Part shown: positions 8,818-18,283 of the stretch, piece after piece
How the letters are laid out: each line of letters begins with the position of its first letter
Numbering within the stretch: position 1 is the stretch's first letter
DNA from: Candidatus Latescibacterota bacterium
GTDB taxonomy: Bacteria > Latescibacterota > UBA2968
NCBI GenBank assembly: GCA_038279365.1
Contig: JAYODI010000053.1
Span: 1-41,683 of the forward strand
Reading direction: 5' to 3'
Length of the DNA: 41,683 nt
Notes under the pieces: generated by a model
Database searches by the model: none
Told to the model about the DNA's origin: nothing
Seen by the model: only the letters and a program-made list of their open reading frames with translations
Made by a program: the position numbers and the translations under genes

Positions 8818-9999
8818 TTAAAATATGCGGTAACTCAGTGCCACATTGAAGCTTTGGCGAAAGGGTGATCCTTCGGCTTTTGAAAATTGTTCTGAAATTT
8901 TAAGTACAATTTTGTTTTCGATAAAGAAGTTGAAATCTATAGATGAGTTTGTGCTGAGTTTGGCATCTGTAAGCCGTTGTTTGTTGAGGCGAATGGTGTT
9001 GGCAGTGGTGAACGCAATTCTGTTGGTGATTTCATAAATGAACTCGATATTTTGTGTGAGGGTATATTCGCGTCCAAAGTCATTGTTGAGCGGTGTGTCA
9101 AATTTAAAGTCTGTGTTGACTTGAGTGCTCCAGTTGATGGGGCGAGAATAACGAAAGTTGAAGGCCATGGCAGGGTCTTTGCGTTTGACACCCGCTTCGG
9201 CGGTGAGCACTTGGTATTGTAAACCCACACTCATATCCCATCCAAAGAAACGATCATTGATTTGTTCTTGGGTGAGCACCTCGCGCATGCGACTGATGCC
9301 GATCGGGCCAACACTCCCTGCACCCAATACAAGACCTGTTTTGTTGATTTCATTGCTCATGTCTTCATACCAATAACTTTGGTAACTGCGGTCATCATAC
9401 AGGTCGCGGTATTCATCTTGTTTGTCAATTATATGCCCTAATTCAATCATGGTTTCTTTGGGGAGGAAGTCGATAATAATGCCTTCTTTATATAAAAAGT
9501 CTTCAATGCGTACGGCTTTGCGAAGGGGAGTTGCGTCGATAAAACGGCCGTAGCCTAAACCAATTGTGATGTCGGTTTGGGGGCGGTCGAAGTCTTTGCG
9601 ATATTGCACGCTGGGGCTAAAAGAATAGAAGAATTTGTTGGTTTCCTTGAAATATTTTTGAACCTGGATTTTAAAATCAGACGCAAAAGTTCCTGTTCGA
9701 TTTCCTGATGGTTCGCGGTTGTAAGACGCAGATCCTAAAAAGTCAAATGAATAGGCATAGGGCAATGAATTATAGAATTTTTTATAGACAAGTACAGCAT
9801 CTCCACCTTCAAAGATGACGTCTTCGCCTTCGGTTACGTAGCTATAACTGAGGCCGTCAATACGCAAGTTGTTGGATTGGCTGACCGGTACGCTATAGTC
9901 TGTAACCGAAACATTTTGAGCCCAAGCAGGCGATAACAGCGATGCAATTAAAAGCCCACATTGTGCAAGAGATCGAATGAACATATTTTTTTTGCCCAT
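8818..9999 (-). CDS. Hypothetical exported protein, probable outer-membrane beta-barrel
   Basis: GGAGG SD before ATG 9999, signal peptide ending PAWA-Q, amphipathic beta-strands, C-terminal VALSYRIF. Confidence 0.7.
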   Translation of the reverse strand: MGKKNMFIRSLAQCGLLIASLLSPAWAQNVSVTDYSVPVSQSNNLRIDGLSYSYVTEGEDVIFEGGDAVLVYKKFYNSLPYAYSFDFLGSASYNREPSGNRTGTFASDFKIQVQKYFKETNKFFYSFSPSVQYRKDFDRPQTDITIGLGYGRFIDATPLRKAVRIEDFLYKEGIIIDFLPKETMIELGHIIDKQDEYRDLYDDRSYQSYWYEDMSNEINKTGLVLGAGSVGPIGISRMREVLTQEQINDRFFGWDMSVGLQYQVLTAEAGVKRKDPAMAFNFRYSRPINWSTQVNTDFKFDTPLNNDFGREYTLTQNIEFIYEITNRIAFTTANTIRLNKQRLTDAKLSTNSSIDFNFFIENKIVLKISEQFSKAEGSPFRQSFNVALSYRIF

Positions 10000-10140
10000 T
10001 TTTTGCCTCCGCGTAATTGCCGGGGCATCCGGCAGATGTTTCTCGATCAAGGCATGTTTTGTGTCTTGAATAGATATGTTTGGGTGTTTCATATTTATAT
10101 TTTTAAGTATGTGATGAGTTTGTGTCATGTGTCCCCCATT

Positions 10141-11109
10141 TTAGGGATTGTCCAACATAAAGTCAGGTATCATTTTGTTGGTGTTGGGTCTTGGTATAAT
10201 AAAGGTGATGTCGTCATAATCGGCTTTGACAAACGATTTGGTGTTGTTGGAGTCTGTTAGCAGGCCCAATAAGTCTACAGAACGTGGGTCACCACCAAAC
10301 AACTGGCGATAGTCTTCGTAGGCGTTAACTTCTTCCCACACCCATTTGCCGAGGTCTTGTTTGCCACTGCGCAAAACAACAATATATTGGCCTTTGCTTT
10401 TGATAATTGTGCCAACGGGCAATGTCTCACTCCAAATATATTTGAGTGATTTGCCTGATATGGGATTGGTGCCAAAGACCAAACGGACGGCTGCTGCGCT
10501 GTCGTTGGTATTTCCTTCTCGTTCATCAGAACCAGATGGTAGGCTGTGAACACGCCAGCGCCAACGTAGTTTTTTGTGCAAACGCAGGTTGGCATTGTTT
10601 TCTCTGCCTCGAAATTTAATAACGGCTTTGCGACCAAAGTTAACCGCATGCCCTTCGGTTTGGGCACTGAGATAAAGGTTTCCTTCTTCTTTTTGTATTT
10701 TGTAATAGACTTCATCTTTTGGCGTTGTGCTGTATAGCCAACCTGATCGCCCTTCCCAAATATCTTCAGGGTAACTGCCTAAGAGTTGGGGGTATTCAAA
10801 ATTGTCAAGAACCTGTGTGGAATCACCCGATGGGGTTACCCAGCCGAGAGGCGGTTGATTGGGGTCTGGTTCGGTAGGTAGAGTTAGAGCAATGTTTGCA
10901 GGTGACGTTTGGAGTGTGTCTTGTGGCGTGGGCTGTTTCGGTTTTTGCGTAGGAGGTGTATTGGGTATGGGTTCGGCAGCAGACAAGGTCCACGTATGGA
11001 CAAGCAGATAGAGGATGCCCAAAACAAAGCATAAAAGGAGCGTTTGGAAAGCGCGTTTTGATTCCGAACGTATGGGGCAGGAAATGTGCATAAGAAGAAA
11101 CGTAAGCAA
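10141..11109 (-). CDS. DUF3047-like exported protein
   Basis: LRWRWRV, DSAAAV, LKYIWS, VVLRSG, LTDSNNT pattern; N-terminal hydrophobic helix and P/T-rich linker; start uncertain. Confidence 0.75.
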   Translation of the reverse strand: MLTFLLMHISCPIRSESKRAFQTLLLCFVLGILYLLVHTWTLSAAEPIPNTPPTQKPKQPTPQDTLQTSPANIALTLPTEPDPNQPPLGWVTPSGDSTQVLDNFEYPQLLGSYPEDIWEGRSGWLYSTTPKDEVYYKIQKEEGNLYLSAQTEGHAVNFGRKAVIKFRGRENNANLRLHKKLRWRWRVHSLPSGSDEREGNTNDSAAAVRLVFGTNPISGKSLKYIWSETLPVGTIIKSKGQYIVVLRSGKQDLGKWVWEEVNAYEDYRQLFGGDPRSVDLLGLLTDSNNTKSFVKADYDDITFIIPRPNTNKMIPDFMLDNP

Positions 11110-11240
11110 ATAAGATACTTAGGTAAACGGAAATTATGGTCTATAAAGCATGCAAACAGTACTTAATACCGCTATTTTGTAGATTTTGATGTGATTTGAA
11201 TCACATATTAAGACGTTTGAAAGGGATGATATGTTTAATG

Positions 11241-11274
11241 AAAAAAGCGGGAAGTCGATGATCGGCTTCCCGCT
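11241..11274 (-). terminator. Intrinsic terminator
   Basis: AGCGGGAAGTCGAT-G-ATCGGCTTCCCGCT with A6 on the left (U-tract on minus strand). Confidence 0.75.
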
Positions 11275-11299
11275 GTGGTTTTAGGGGGCCTAAATAAAA

Positions 11300-12175
11300 T
11301 TATGTTTTATCATTTTGTATAAAATATTTGCCAGGATATAAGGCATTTTCATCTTTTGTTGTAATGGCAAAGTGAAAACCATCTCGTGCGGCTGCTCCAC
11401 CATAATTGCCGTGTTTGTCAATGGCGATGTAGGCCATTTGAAATTTTTGAGAGGTGGGCACCCGTTTGATGAGGTGTTGTACCACCGCTTCGCAGGCTTC
11501 TTGGGGCGATTTGCCTTGGCGCATGTGTTCGATGATGGCATAAGAGCCACAGGTGCGGGCAATTTCTTCGCCTTGTCCGGTTGCGGCGGCGGCACCCACT
11601 TCGTTGTCGGCATACAGGCCACTGCCAATGAGGGGTGAGTCGCCCACACGGCCTGGGAGCTTGAAGGCCACACCGCTTGTGGTGCAGGCCGCGGCGATGT
11701 CTCCGTGGGAGTCTATGGCGAGCATGCCAATGGTGTCGTGTGCATCGGTGGGTTTGTCGGCTTGGCCGGTTTTCCATTGTTGCCAGGCTTCTTTGGCAGA
11801 ATCGGTGAGCATGTTACAGGTTTGAAAGCCTTGTTGCTGTGCAAATTGGTTGGCACCTTGGCCCGTGAGCATCACATGGGCGGTTTTTTCCATGACGAGG
11901 CGTGCCACAGCGGTGGGGGTGGCAATGTTTTTGAGGCCTGTTACTGCGCCATAACCGAGGGTGCGCCCGTTGATGATGGCGGCATCTACTTCTACTTCGC
12001 CTTCGGCATTGGGATAACCGCCATACCCCACGCTTTTGACTTCGGGATCGCGTTCGGCGACTTCGACGCCAGCGACCACGGCATCGAGGGCGGTGCCGCC
12101 TGATTGGAGGATCTGAAAGGCGGGTTGGTTGGCTTTTTGGCCAAAGCGCCAGGTGGAGATCACGATGGGGATCAT
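11300..12175 (-). CDS. N(4)-(beta-N-acetylglucosaminyl)-L-asparaginase (Ntn hydrolase)
   Basis: SVGYGG.P, HDTIGM autoproteolysis site, TTSG..FKLPGRVGDSP, ATGQGE. Confidence 0.9.
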   Translation of the reverse strand: MIPIVISTWRFGQKANQPAFQILQSGGTALDAVVAGVEVAERDPEVKSVGYGGYPNAEGEVEVDAAIINGRTLGYGAVTGLKNIATPTAVARLVMEKTAHVMLTGQGANQFAQQQGFQTCNMLTDSAKEAWQQWKTGQADKPTDAHDTIGMLAIDSHGDIAAACTTSGVAFKLPGRVGDSPLIGSGLYADNEVGAAAATGQGEEIARTCGSYAIIEHMRQGKSPQEACEAVVQHLIKRVPTSQKFQMAYIAIDKHGNYGGAAARDGFHFAITTKDENALYPGKYFIQNDKT

Positions 12176-12987
12176 GGTGTTCCTTTCAGACTGATGTCGG
12201 CAATGAGGCCAAAGTGGTCAGAGGGATAGAGGTTTTGGGCATCGGGTTGGTCTGCGATGCGTTGGCATGAGATAACTTGACCACCGTTATTTTCAGGTGG
12301 TTGGGTAAATATGTAGTCGATGCGATGGGCTTTGCGTTTGTCGTGGTTTTTTTCGCGCACATAGGTGTTTTCGTGGCTGAATGTGTGGCCGGGGTCGTTG
12401 GGGTTTAGGTGTGCCCATGTGTCGATGAGTTTGGCTGATTCTGTGATGTGTTGAATGGATGTTTGGTCGGGGGTGTCGTTGAAATCGCCCACGAGAACAG
12501 ATGGCAGGTCACCTTTGTATCTGTTGACATAGGCTGTGATTTCTTGGGTGGTGCGAATGCGTCCATTTTGGCTGAGGGAGAGGTGGGTGTTGAAGAAGTT
12601 CATTGAGCCATTGGGGGTTTGAATTTGGGCGTGTAGGACGATGCGTTGGTGGTTGTCGCGTTTGTCTTCTGGGTCCATTGATAATTTGATGAAGCTGGAG
12701 TTTTGGATGGGGAGGCGTGAAAAGATGGCGAGGCCTTCCCATTCGTCTTTTTCGGGGTTTTGTTGGGCGGGGCGATAGATATATGCGTAATCGGGCAAGT
12801 GTTGGGCCAGTTGTTGGGCTTGGTTTTTGCCGTTGTCGTTTTTTGTGCCGCTGTGGCGGATTTCTTGAAAGCCGATGATGTCGGGGGTATGTTCTTTTAT
12901 GGTGTCGGCAATAAGTTGACGGCGGGTGGGCCAGGGGTCGTTGTAGTTCCAGATGTTGAGGGTGCAGACGCGGAGTTTTTGGGACAT
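12172..12987 (-). CDS. Endonuclease/exonuclease/phosphatase family protein
   Basis: TLNIWN, DIIGFQE, NTHL, GDFN, RIDYIF, PSDH; ATGA overlap with the downstream gene. Confidence 0.9.
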   Translation of the reverse strand: MSQKLRVCTLNIWNYNDPWPTRRQLIADTIKEHTPDIIGFQEIRHSGTKNDNGKNQAQQLAQHLPDYAYIYRPAQQNPEKDEWEGLAIFSRLPIQNSSFIKLSMDPEDKRDNHQRIVLHAQIQTPNGSMNFFNTHLSLSQNGRIRTTQEITAYVNRYKGDLPSVLVGDFNDTPDQTSIQHITESAKLIDTWAHLNPNDPGHTFSHENTYVREKNHDKRKAHRIDYIFTQPPENNGGQVISCQRIADQPDAQNLYPSDHFGLIADISLKGTP

Positions 12988-13053
12988 GGGGTTCCTTTTT
13001 ATGAATAACGTTTTACGGTTGGATTTTTATTTGGTGATTTTTTAAGTTTTTTT

Positions 13054-13330
13054 GCCTTCGGCGAGGCCCGTTCTTTAACGGCTAAAGAAAGTGCCCAAAG
13101 AAAGCCACCCTTGCAGGGGGCTTTGAATGATGTTCAGTGTTTTTTATGAGCGAAGGCCACCCTTACCTGCCCGTGCCGTTCCCACCCTTCCGCGTGTTCC
13201 ACACGCCCCATCCGCCCACACCCAAAGGCCACCCACCAACGGCACAACGGCCCACACCACCGGGAGGTGGGAATTGCGTTTTGAGGTACATTCTTTTTTT
13301 ACGACAACAGCACAATGGGTCTGGCTGCAA
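13054..13330. other. Structured GC-rich intergenic element (candidate ncRNA or MITE-like repeat)
   Basis: Several nested inverted repeats, duplicated AAAGAAAG, three AAG(G)CCACCC copies, C-rich + strand against local G/T skew. Confidence 0.45.
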
Positions 13331-13350
13331 AGGTGTGGAGGGGATCATTT

Positions 13351-14652
13351 TTAATTTTCAATTTTCAATTGCCCCTGAATGGCTTCTCGTGTTCCCTGGA
13401 GGTCGAAGCAGTCGTATTGGTTGTCGTGCATGAGGCGGGTGGCGATTTGGATGGCTTGGGGTTCGGTGAGGTGGCCATCGTTGATTTCGGCTTGAAGGGT
13501 GTGGGTGAACCAGTGACGGGTTTGGATGGCGTAGGCGGTTGCGCTGGTGGGCCAGCCGGTGTCGCCGCCAAAGACGAAGAGTTTGTTTAAGGGGGCAGCG
13601 TGGAGGTAGCTGCGTACGAAGTTTGATGAAGCGTAGGGGTTGATGGACCAGGCCCAGCAGAGGTCGATGTAGACGTTTGGATAGTGTTTGGCAAGGGCAA
13701 TGGCTTCTTCGCTGTAGGGATAGGCGATGTGCATGAGTACAAAACGTGCATCGAGGTATTTGGCCAAGAGGCCACAGAGGTTGCCCGATTTGATGCGATC
13801 TACTGGCATGCGGTTGTTGCCTGCGTAGTAACCTGTGTGGAGTTTGAAGGGGAGGTTGTGTTTGATGGCCAGTTCGACACCGCGTGCCCAGCACCAGTCG
13901 CCGAGGCAGAGACGGGTGGATTCTGAGGTTTTGTTGTTGGACCCGAGAACGGCGTAGAGGGCGCGGGTGGCGTCGCCTTTGGTGCGTTCTTGCCACGAGA
14001 GGGTGCGGCTGTAGGCGTGTTGGGCTTTGACGGCAATGGCGCAGGGGGCATGTTTGTCGAAGATGGCTTCCATTGCATTTTGGAGGGTGTCGAGATCGGT
14101 GACGGTGATGCCGGTTTCATTGGCAATGGCTTCTACGTTGATGGTGCCATTGCAGAAGCTTTGCCAAGAGAGATCGTAGAGGAAAAAATCGGGACCTGAT
14201 TCATCGGGTAGGCAGGGCCAGCAGAAGTCGTCGGTTTGGATGTGGTCGATATTGGCCACATCGTGAAGCAGTTTATAACGCTCGCCGGGTTGGCGCAGTT
14301 GGGTGAGTTTGTCTTTAGCTGATTCTAATGCTGAGGGTGTGATTTCATGGATGTTATAGATTTTGGAGGCGATGAGGCGCACAGCTTCGCCGTAGCCGGT
14401 GAATTGTACGGCTTCCCACGCTTTTTGAATGCCGTTGAAGCGGTCTGCAAGGTCGGGGTTGGTGGCGTCCATGAGGTTTTTCATGGCTTGGGGAGATGCA
14501 CCAGCTGAGACGAGATCGGCAGGAACGTAGTTGGAAAAGAGGTCTTGTAAGATGTCGGGGCCATTTTCGGTCCATTCGTGCTCTTTTTTGAGGTGTTCGT
14601 GGGTGTCGCAAAGCGGGGTTTCTTGAATGTGTTGGGCAAGGTTGGTGGCCAT
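13351..14652 (-). CDS. Amidohydrolase superfamily protein (Amidohydro_2 / uronate-isomerase-like)
   Basis: DTHEH, KLHTG, VLMH..YP, YPNVYIDLCW, FGGD metal-site motifs. Confidence 0.85.
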   Translation of the reverse strand: MATNLAQHIQETPLCDTHEHLKKEHEWTENGPDILQDLFSNYVPADLVSAGASPQAMKNLMDATNPDLADRFNGIQKAWEAVQFTGYGEAVRLIASKIYNIHEITPSALESAKDKLTQLRQPGERYKLLHDVANIDHIQTDDFCWPCLPDESGPDFFLYDLSWQSFCNGTINVEAIANETGITVTDLDTLQNAMEAIFDKHAPCAIAVKAQHAYSRTLSWQERTKGDATRALYAVLGSNNKTSESTRLCLGDWCWARGVELAIKHNLPFKLHTGYYAGNNRMPVDRIKSGNLCGLLAKYLDARFVLMHIAYPYSEEAIALAKHYPNVYIDLCWAWSINPYASSNFVRSYLHAAPLNKLFVFGGDTGWPTSATAYAIQTRHWFTHTLQAEINDGHLTEPQAIQIATRLMHDNQYDCFDLQGTREAIQGQLKIEN

Positions 14653-14733
14653 TTGGAACGCTCCTGTATCGAGGGATTTGGACAGGGTTTGGAGAGGATA
14701 AGATAGGGGGATAGGAAGGTGATTGCCAACGCT

Positions 14734-16092
14734 TTATCGGGTGGTATATGTGGGACGCAAGGTGCCCAGTTGAAATCTGCGTGGATCACCCAGGCGTTGG
14801 GCGAGGTCTTTTTCCGTCCAGCTTGTGTGGGTGAGAACCCAGTCAATTTCGTTGGCGAGTGGGCTGTCGAAAATGCCGGGGTCGTCGGCACCAATGGCGA
14901 GGTTGACATTGGATTTGAGGAAGGTGTGAATGGGGTGGTGTGCAGGGTCGGGAACGCCGCCGATGCGCAGATTGGAGGTGGGGCAGGTTTCGATGACGGT
15001 GCCCAATTGAGCAAGGCGGTTGAGGACATATTGTTGACGTTTTTGAATGTCTTCAAGGCGTTGGGGATGATAGGTGCGTTCGATGAGGTCATTGGGCGCT
15101 TTGTTTTTTAAGGATTGTTGTTCGGTGTGTAGGGCGTTTGTGTCGACGGTGATTCCGTAGTGGGCGAGGTCGGCTTTGTGAGTGAGATCGTAGGCGATTT
15201 GGTCGAGGCGTTCGCTAACCAGTTCTTGAACGTGTGCATTGGGGCGTCGGGTGATGGCGATATGAGGCGGTAAGCCTAATGCTGTGGCATGACCGAGGCG
15301 TTTGACGCCCATTTCGGCGGCTTCGTGGCACCAACGAATGGCGCTTTCGAGGGATTTGTCGAAGTAGCTTTCACCCACGTGGTAGACGATGTCGAGGGCG
15401 CGTTGGGGATTTTTTTGGTTGTCTTGATGGACGCGTTTGAAGAAGGCTTTTTTGTCTTTGGGTGGGAACCCTTCTTCAAAGTGGGAGAAGTCGATGCCGA
15501 TAATGGTGGGAATGAGATCTGGGTTTTGATCCATGAGTTCTTGCACCCATTCGTAGTCTTGTTCAGGATTCCAACGCCGCAGGCTGATGATGTAGCGGCC
15601 TGTAAAGTGATCGTTTGTGGCGTTTTTGAGAATGGTGGCGTATTTGTGGTGCATGGCAATGAATTGGTCGTGGGTTTGATCGCCACCCCCACAGCGGTAT
15701 TCGATAAAGGTGATGTCTTCTTTTTTGTGCTGATCAACAGTCATTTGGAAAGATGCTTTGATCATGTCTTGATGGGGTGCTGGGTGCCTTAGGAGGCAAA
15801 TGAGAAAATTAAATTTGGCTTGAAAACGACCAAAATCACCGCCGTCTTCTTGGGTGTAGATGAAGTGTTTTTTGAAGGGGTCAAAACCTGTTGTTGGATC
15901 GGCGAGTGCTTTTTGGTAGAGGGTGATGGGATTGGGGCAAATGCCATAGGCTTTTTCGTAGGCATCTGTAAAGAGTGTCCAATCGACATCTTGATAAATG
16001 TCGCGCCCCAGTTCGAGGAGGTCTTGGGCGGTGAGACAACCTCCGGGGTGGACATGGAGTTCGCAGGTTTTGGCAAGATGAAGATGGTTCAT
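14734..16092 (-). CDS. Adenosine deaminase-like protein
   Basis: ELHVH, HVGE, RLGHA, CPTSN, GADDPG; AAGGA SD before ATG 16092. Confidence 0.8.
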   Translation of the reverse strand: MNHLHLAKTCELHVHPGGCLTAQDLLELGRDIYQDVDWTLFTDAYEKAYGICPNPITLYQKALADPTTGFDPFKKHFIYTQEDGGDFGRFQAKFNFLICLLRHPAPHQDMIKASFQMTVDQHKKEDITFIEYRCGGGDQTHDQFIAMHHKYATILKNATNDHFTGRYIISLRRWNPEQDYEWVQELMDQNPDLIPTIIGIDFSHFEEGFPPKDKKAFFKRVHQDNQKNPQRALDIVYHVGESYFDKSLESAIRWCHEAAEMGVKRLGHATALGLPPHIAITRRPNAHVQELVSERLDQIAYDLTHKADLAHYGITVDTNALHTEQQSLKNKAPNDLIERTYHPQRLEDIQKRQQYVLNRLAQLGTVIETCPTSNLRIGGVPDPAHHPIHTFLKSNVNLAIGADDPGIFDSPLANEIDWVLTHTSWTEKDLAQRLGDPRRFQLGTLRPTYTTR

Positions 16093-16299
16093 GATGTATT
16101 CCTTGAGTATTCTGTTTTTGTTTTGGCGATGTGATATTATAAACCACGCACACATAAGAGACAATCAAGAACGTGTTGTATGATGTGGCGATTGGGTTGA
16201 TAAAATATGGGGCTGGGAACTTTGTATTTGACTCTATAGTCTTAAGTAGCGTCTGAAGGTTTCATTATGCGAACTTACCATTTTAATAGGAGGGGCAAT

Positions 16300-17055
16300 A
16301 TGCAGATTTATAACGGTTTACGTTTGGTCAAAGGTGTTTTGTTGGGTGCATTCTTTTTGAGTTTTCCATTGGTGGCTCAGGCGCAACGTGGTGGTGGGGA
16401 ACCACCCAAAAACTTGAAGGTGTTGCCTGCCGATATGGATGGGCGTGCTGTGCGCAATGTGATGCAAGCTTTTTCACGCGCATTGGATGTGGAGTGTTCG
16501 TTTTGTCATGCATCGGAAAAAGAAAATGCACGTCGCCTTGATTTTGCTTCCGATGACAAGAAGATGAAAGATGTTGCACGGGTGATGATGAAGATGACAC
16601 AGGCGATTAATCAAACGCATTTGCCGGAGCTTGGACGTGATCATGTTGATCAAGTGACGTGCGAAACGTGTCATCATGGTAGCCCAGAGCCCAAAACACT
16701 GGGTGGTGAATTGGGTAAGGTGCTTAAGAAAGAAAATGTGAATGCTGCAGTAGAAAAATATAAAGAATTACGCGACTCGTATTATGGGCGTGCGGTTTAT
16801 GATTTTGGTGAAGAATCTTTGGTGGGGTTTGCGGGCAGTTTGTCAAAGGAGCAGGCCACTGCTGCGTTGCGTATTTGTGAGTTAAACTTGGAATATTTTC
16901 CGAAGTCTGTTCCAACTTATAGCCAAATGGCTAGGATTTATAGGGACAGTGGTGATAACACTTCGGCTTTGAAAACGTTGGAAAAAGCGTTGGCTATTGA
17001 GCCGGAGAATCGGTTCCTTCAGCGACAGATTGAGCGGTTAAAAGAGGGGAATTAA
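16300..17055 (+). CDS. Exported di-heme c-type cytochrome with C-terminal TPR
   Basis: AGGAGG SD, signal peptide ending AQA, CSFCH and CETCH heme motifs, TPR-like helix pair ending ALAIEP. Confidence 0.85.
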   Translation: MQIYNGLRLVKGVLLGAFFLSFPLVAQAQRGGGEPPKNLKVLPADMDGRAVRNVMQAFSRALDVECSFCHASEKENARRLDFASDDKKMKDVARVMMKMTQAINQTHLPELGRDHVDQVTCETCHHGSPEPKTLGGELGKVLKKENVNAAVEKYKELRDSYYGRAVYDFGEESLVGFAGSLSKEQATAALRICELNLEYFPKSVPTYSQMARIYRDSGDNTSALKTLEKALAIEPENRFLQRQIERLKEGN

Positions 17056-17167
17056 GCGTTAGAATATTTTGAGATGGTTCAAGCTCAGATAACAACATCT
17101 GGCTCCGCTTTATGTGGTTGGATCATCTGTTTGATGGTGAGAAAACATTTTGAAAGACTAACTTTTT

Positions 17168-17204
17168 AAAAAGGCCGTGAGCTCAAAGCTCACGGCCTTT
17201 TTTT
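17168..17204. terminator. Bidirectional intrinsic terminator
   Basis: A5-GGCCGTGAGCT-CAA-AGCTCACGGCC-T7. Confidence 0.85.
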
Positions 17205-17215
17205 GTGTTGATAAA

Positions 17216-18001
17216 TTATTGCTTTGCCAGATCGCGATAGGCGCGAAAGAGGTCGGCGTAGTAGGCGACGAACATGGGCAGGTAACCGGCTGTGCGGTCG
17301 GGTTTGCGCTCGGCTTCGGCAGACATATAACCTTGGTAGCCTTTTTGGGCGAGCAGGCGAAAGAGGTCGCGATAGGGATAGCCACTGCCAGCAAGGTCGT
17401 GCATGTGAACGTGATCGAGCCACGGGTAGACGGTGTCGAGGGCTTTGTTGAGAGAGCCGTCTACAATGTCATGCTGGGTGGAGTTCCAAATGAGGCCGAA
17501 GTTGTGGTGGTCAACCAATTTGGCGACGTCGTGGCAGTCTTGCCAGTTGAATTCGCCGTGTAGTTCCAAACACGGTTTGACGTTTCGTGTGGTGCCGTAT
17601 TCGCACAATTCGCGCAGGGCTTTGGCAACTTGGGCAATGGTTTTTTCTTTGGGCACGTCTTTGGGAAAGTTGTTGCCAAAAACACGCACGCGGGGTGCGC
17701 CCAAATCGGCGGCCAAGTCCATTCGGGCTTTTGTTTCGGCAATGTGTTTTTGCACGTCTGCTGAGTCTGTGTCGTGGTAGCGATTTCCAGTTGCAATGCT
17801 GATGATTTTAATGCCCGCGGCTTGGCAATCGGCGACCACTTGTTTGCGCGCTGCTGCATCTATATCGGCTTCTACTTTGTGTCCATGGTTGGCATCGGTG
17901 CGAAATTCGACGCCTTCAAATCCGTTTTCTGCCAATACGTCTAAGAGGTCTTTGCGCGACAAGTCTTTTAAGACACCATAGGTCATCCATGAAAGCTTCA
18001 T
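17216..18001 (-). CDS. Sugar phosphate isomerase/epimerase (TIM barrel)
   Basis: GFEGVEFR, VRVFG, LELHG, HVHMHD, GYQGYMSAE. Confidence 0.85.
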   Translation of the reverse strand: MKLSWMTYGVLKDLSRKDLLDVLAENGFEGVEFRTDANHGHKVEADIDAAARKQVVADCQAAGIKIISIATGNRYHDTDSADVQKHIAETKARMDLAADLGAPRVRVFGNNFPKDVPKEKTIAQVAKALRELCEYGTTRNVKPCLELHGEFNWQDCHDVAKLVDHHNFGLIWNSTQHDIVDGSLNKALDTVYPWLDHVHMHDLAGSGYPYRDLFRLLAQKGYQGYMSAEAERKPDRTAGYLPMFVAYYADLFRAYRDLAKQ

Positions 18002-18283
18002 TGTTGTTCTCCCTGAGTTATATTTTGATGTGCGATGATTTGGATGATCTCATAATAGCTTGGTTTGTGTTGAGATGCAAGCAGATCAAATGTATTGTTC
18101 TGGCTTATTTTTTCTTTCTACTGGCATAAAAACCTCATTTCTGGTATCTTTTTGTGCTATATCAGATTACCCGGTCTTTGGGGCCGGGTATTTTCATAAG
18201 ATGATGAGTGGGAAGACAGCGGATGTTCTCACCATTTATTGCAGCATCTGACGGCAGGTTTACGTTATTTTTTGGAGTTTTGA

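Noticed and set aside
13127-13433. Pro/Gly-rich ORFs across the structured element
   Set aside because: Low-complexity products of C-rich DNA, with open frames on both strands and no recognisable motifs
16300-17055. Photosynthetic reaction-centre cytochrome as evidence of phototrophy
   Set aside because: Only two hemes, TPR fusion, no photosynthesis genes nearby
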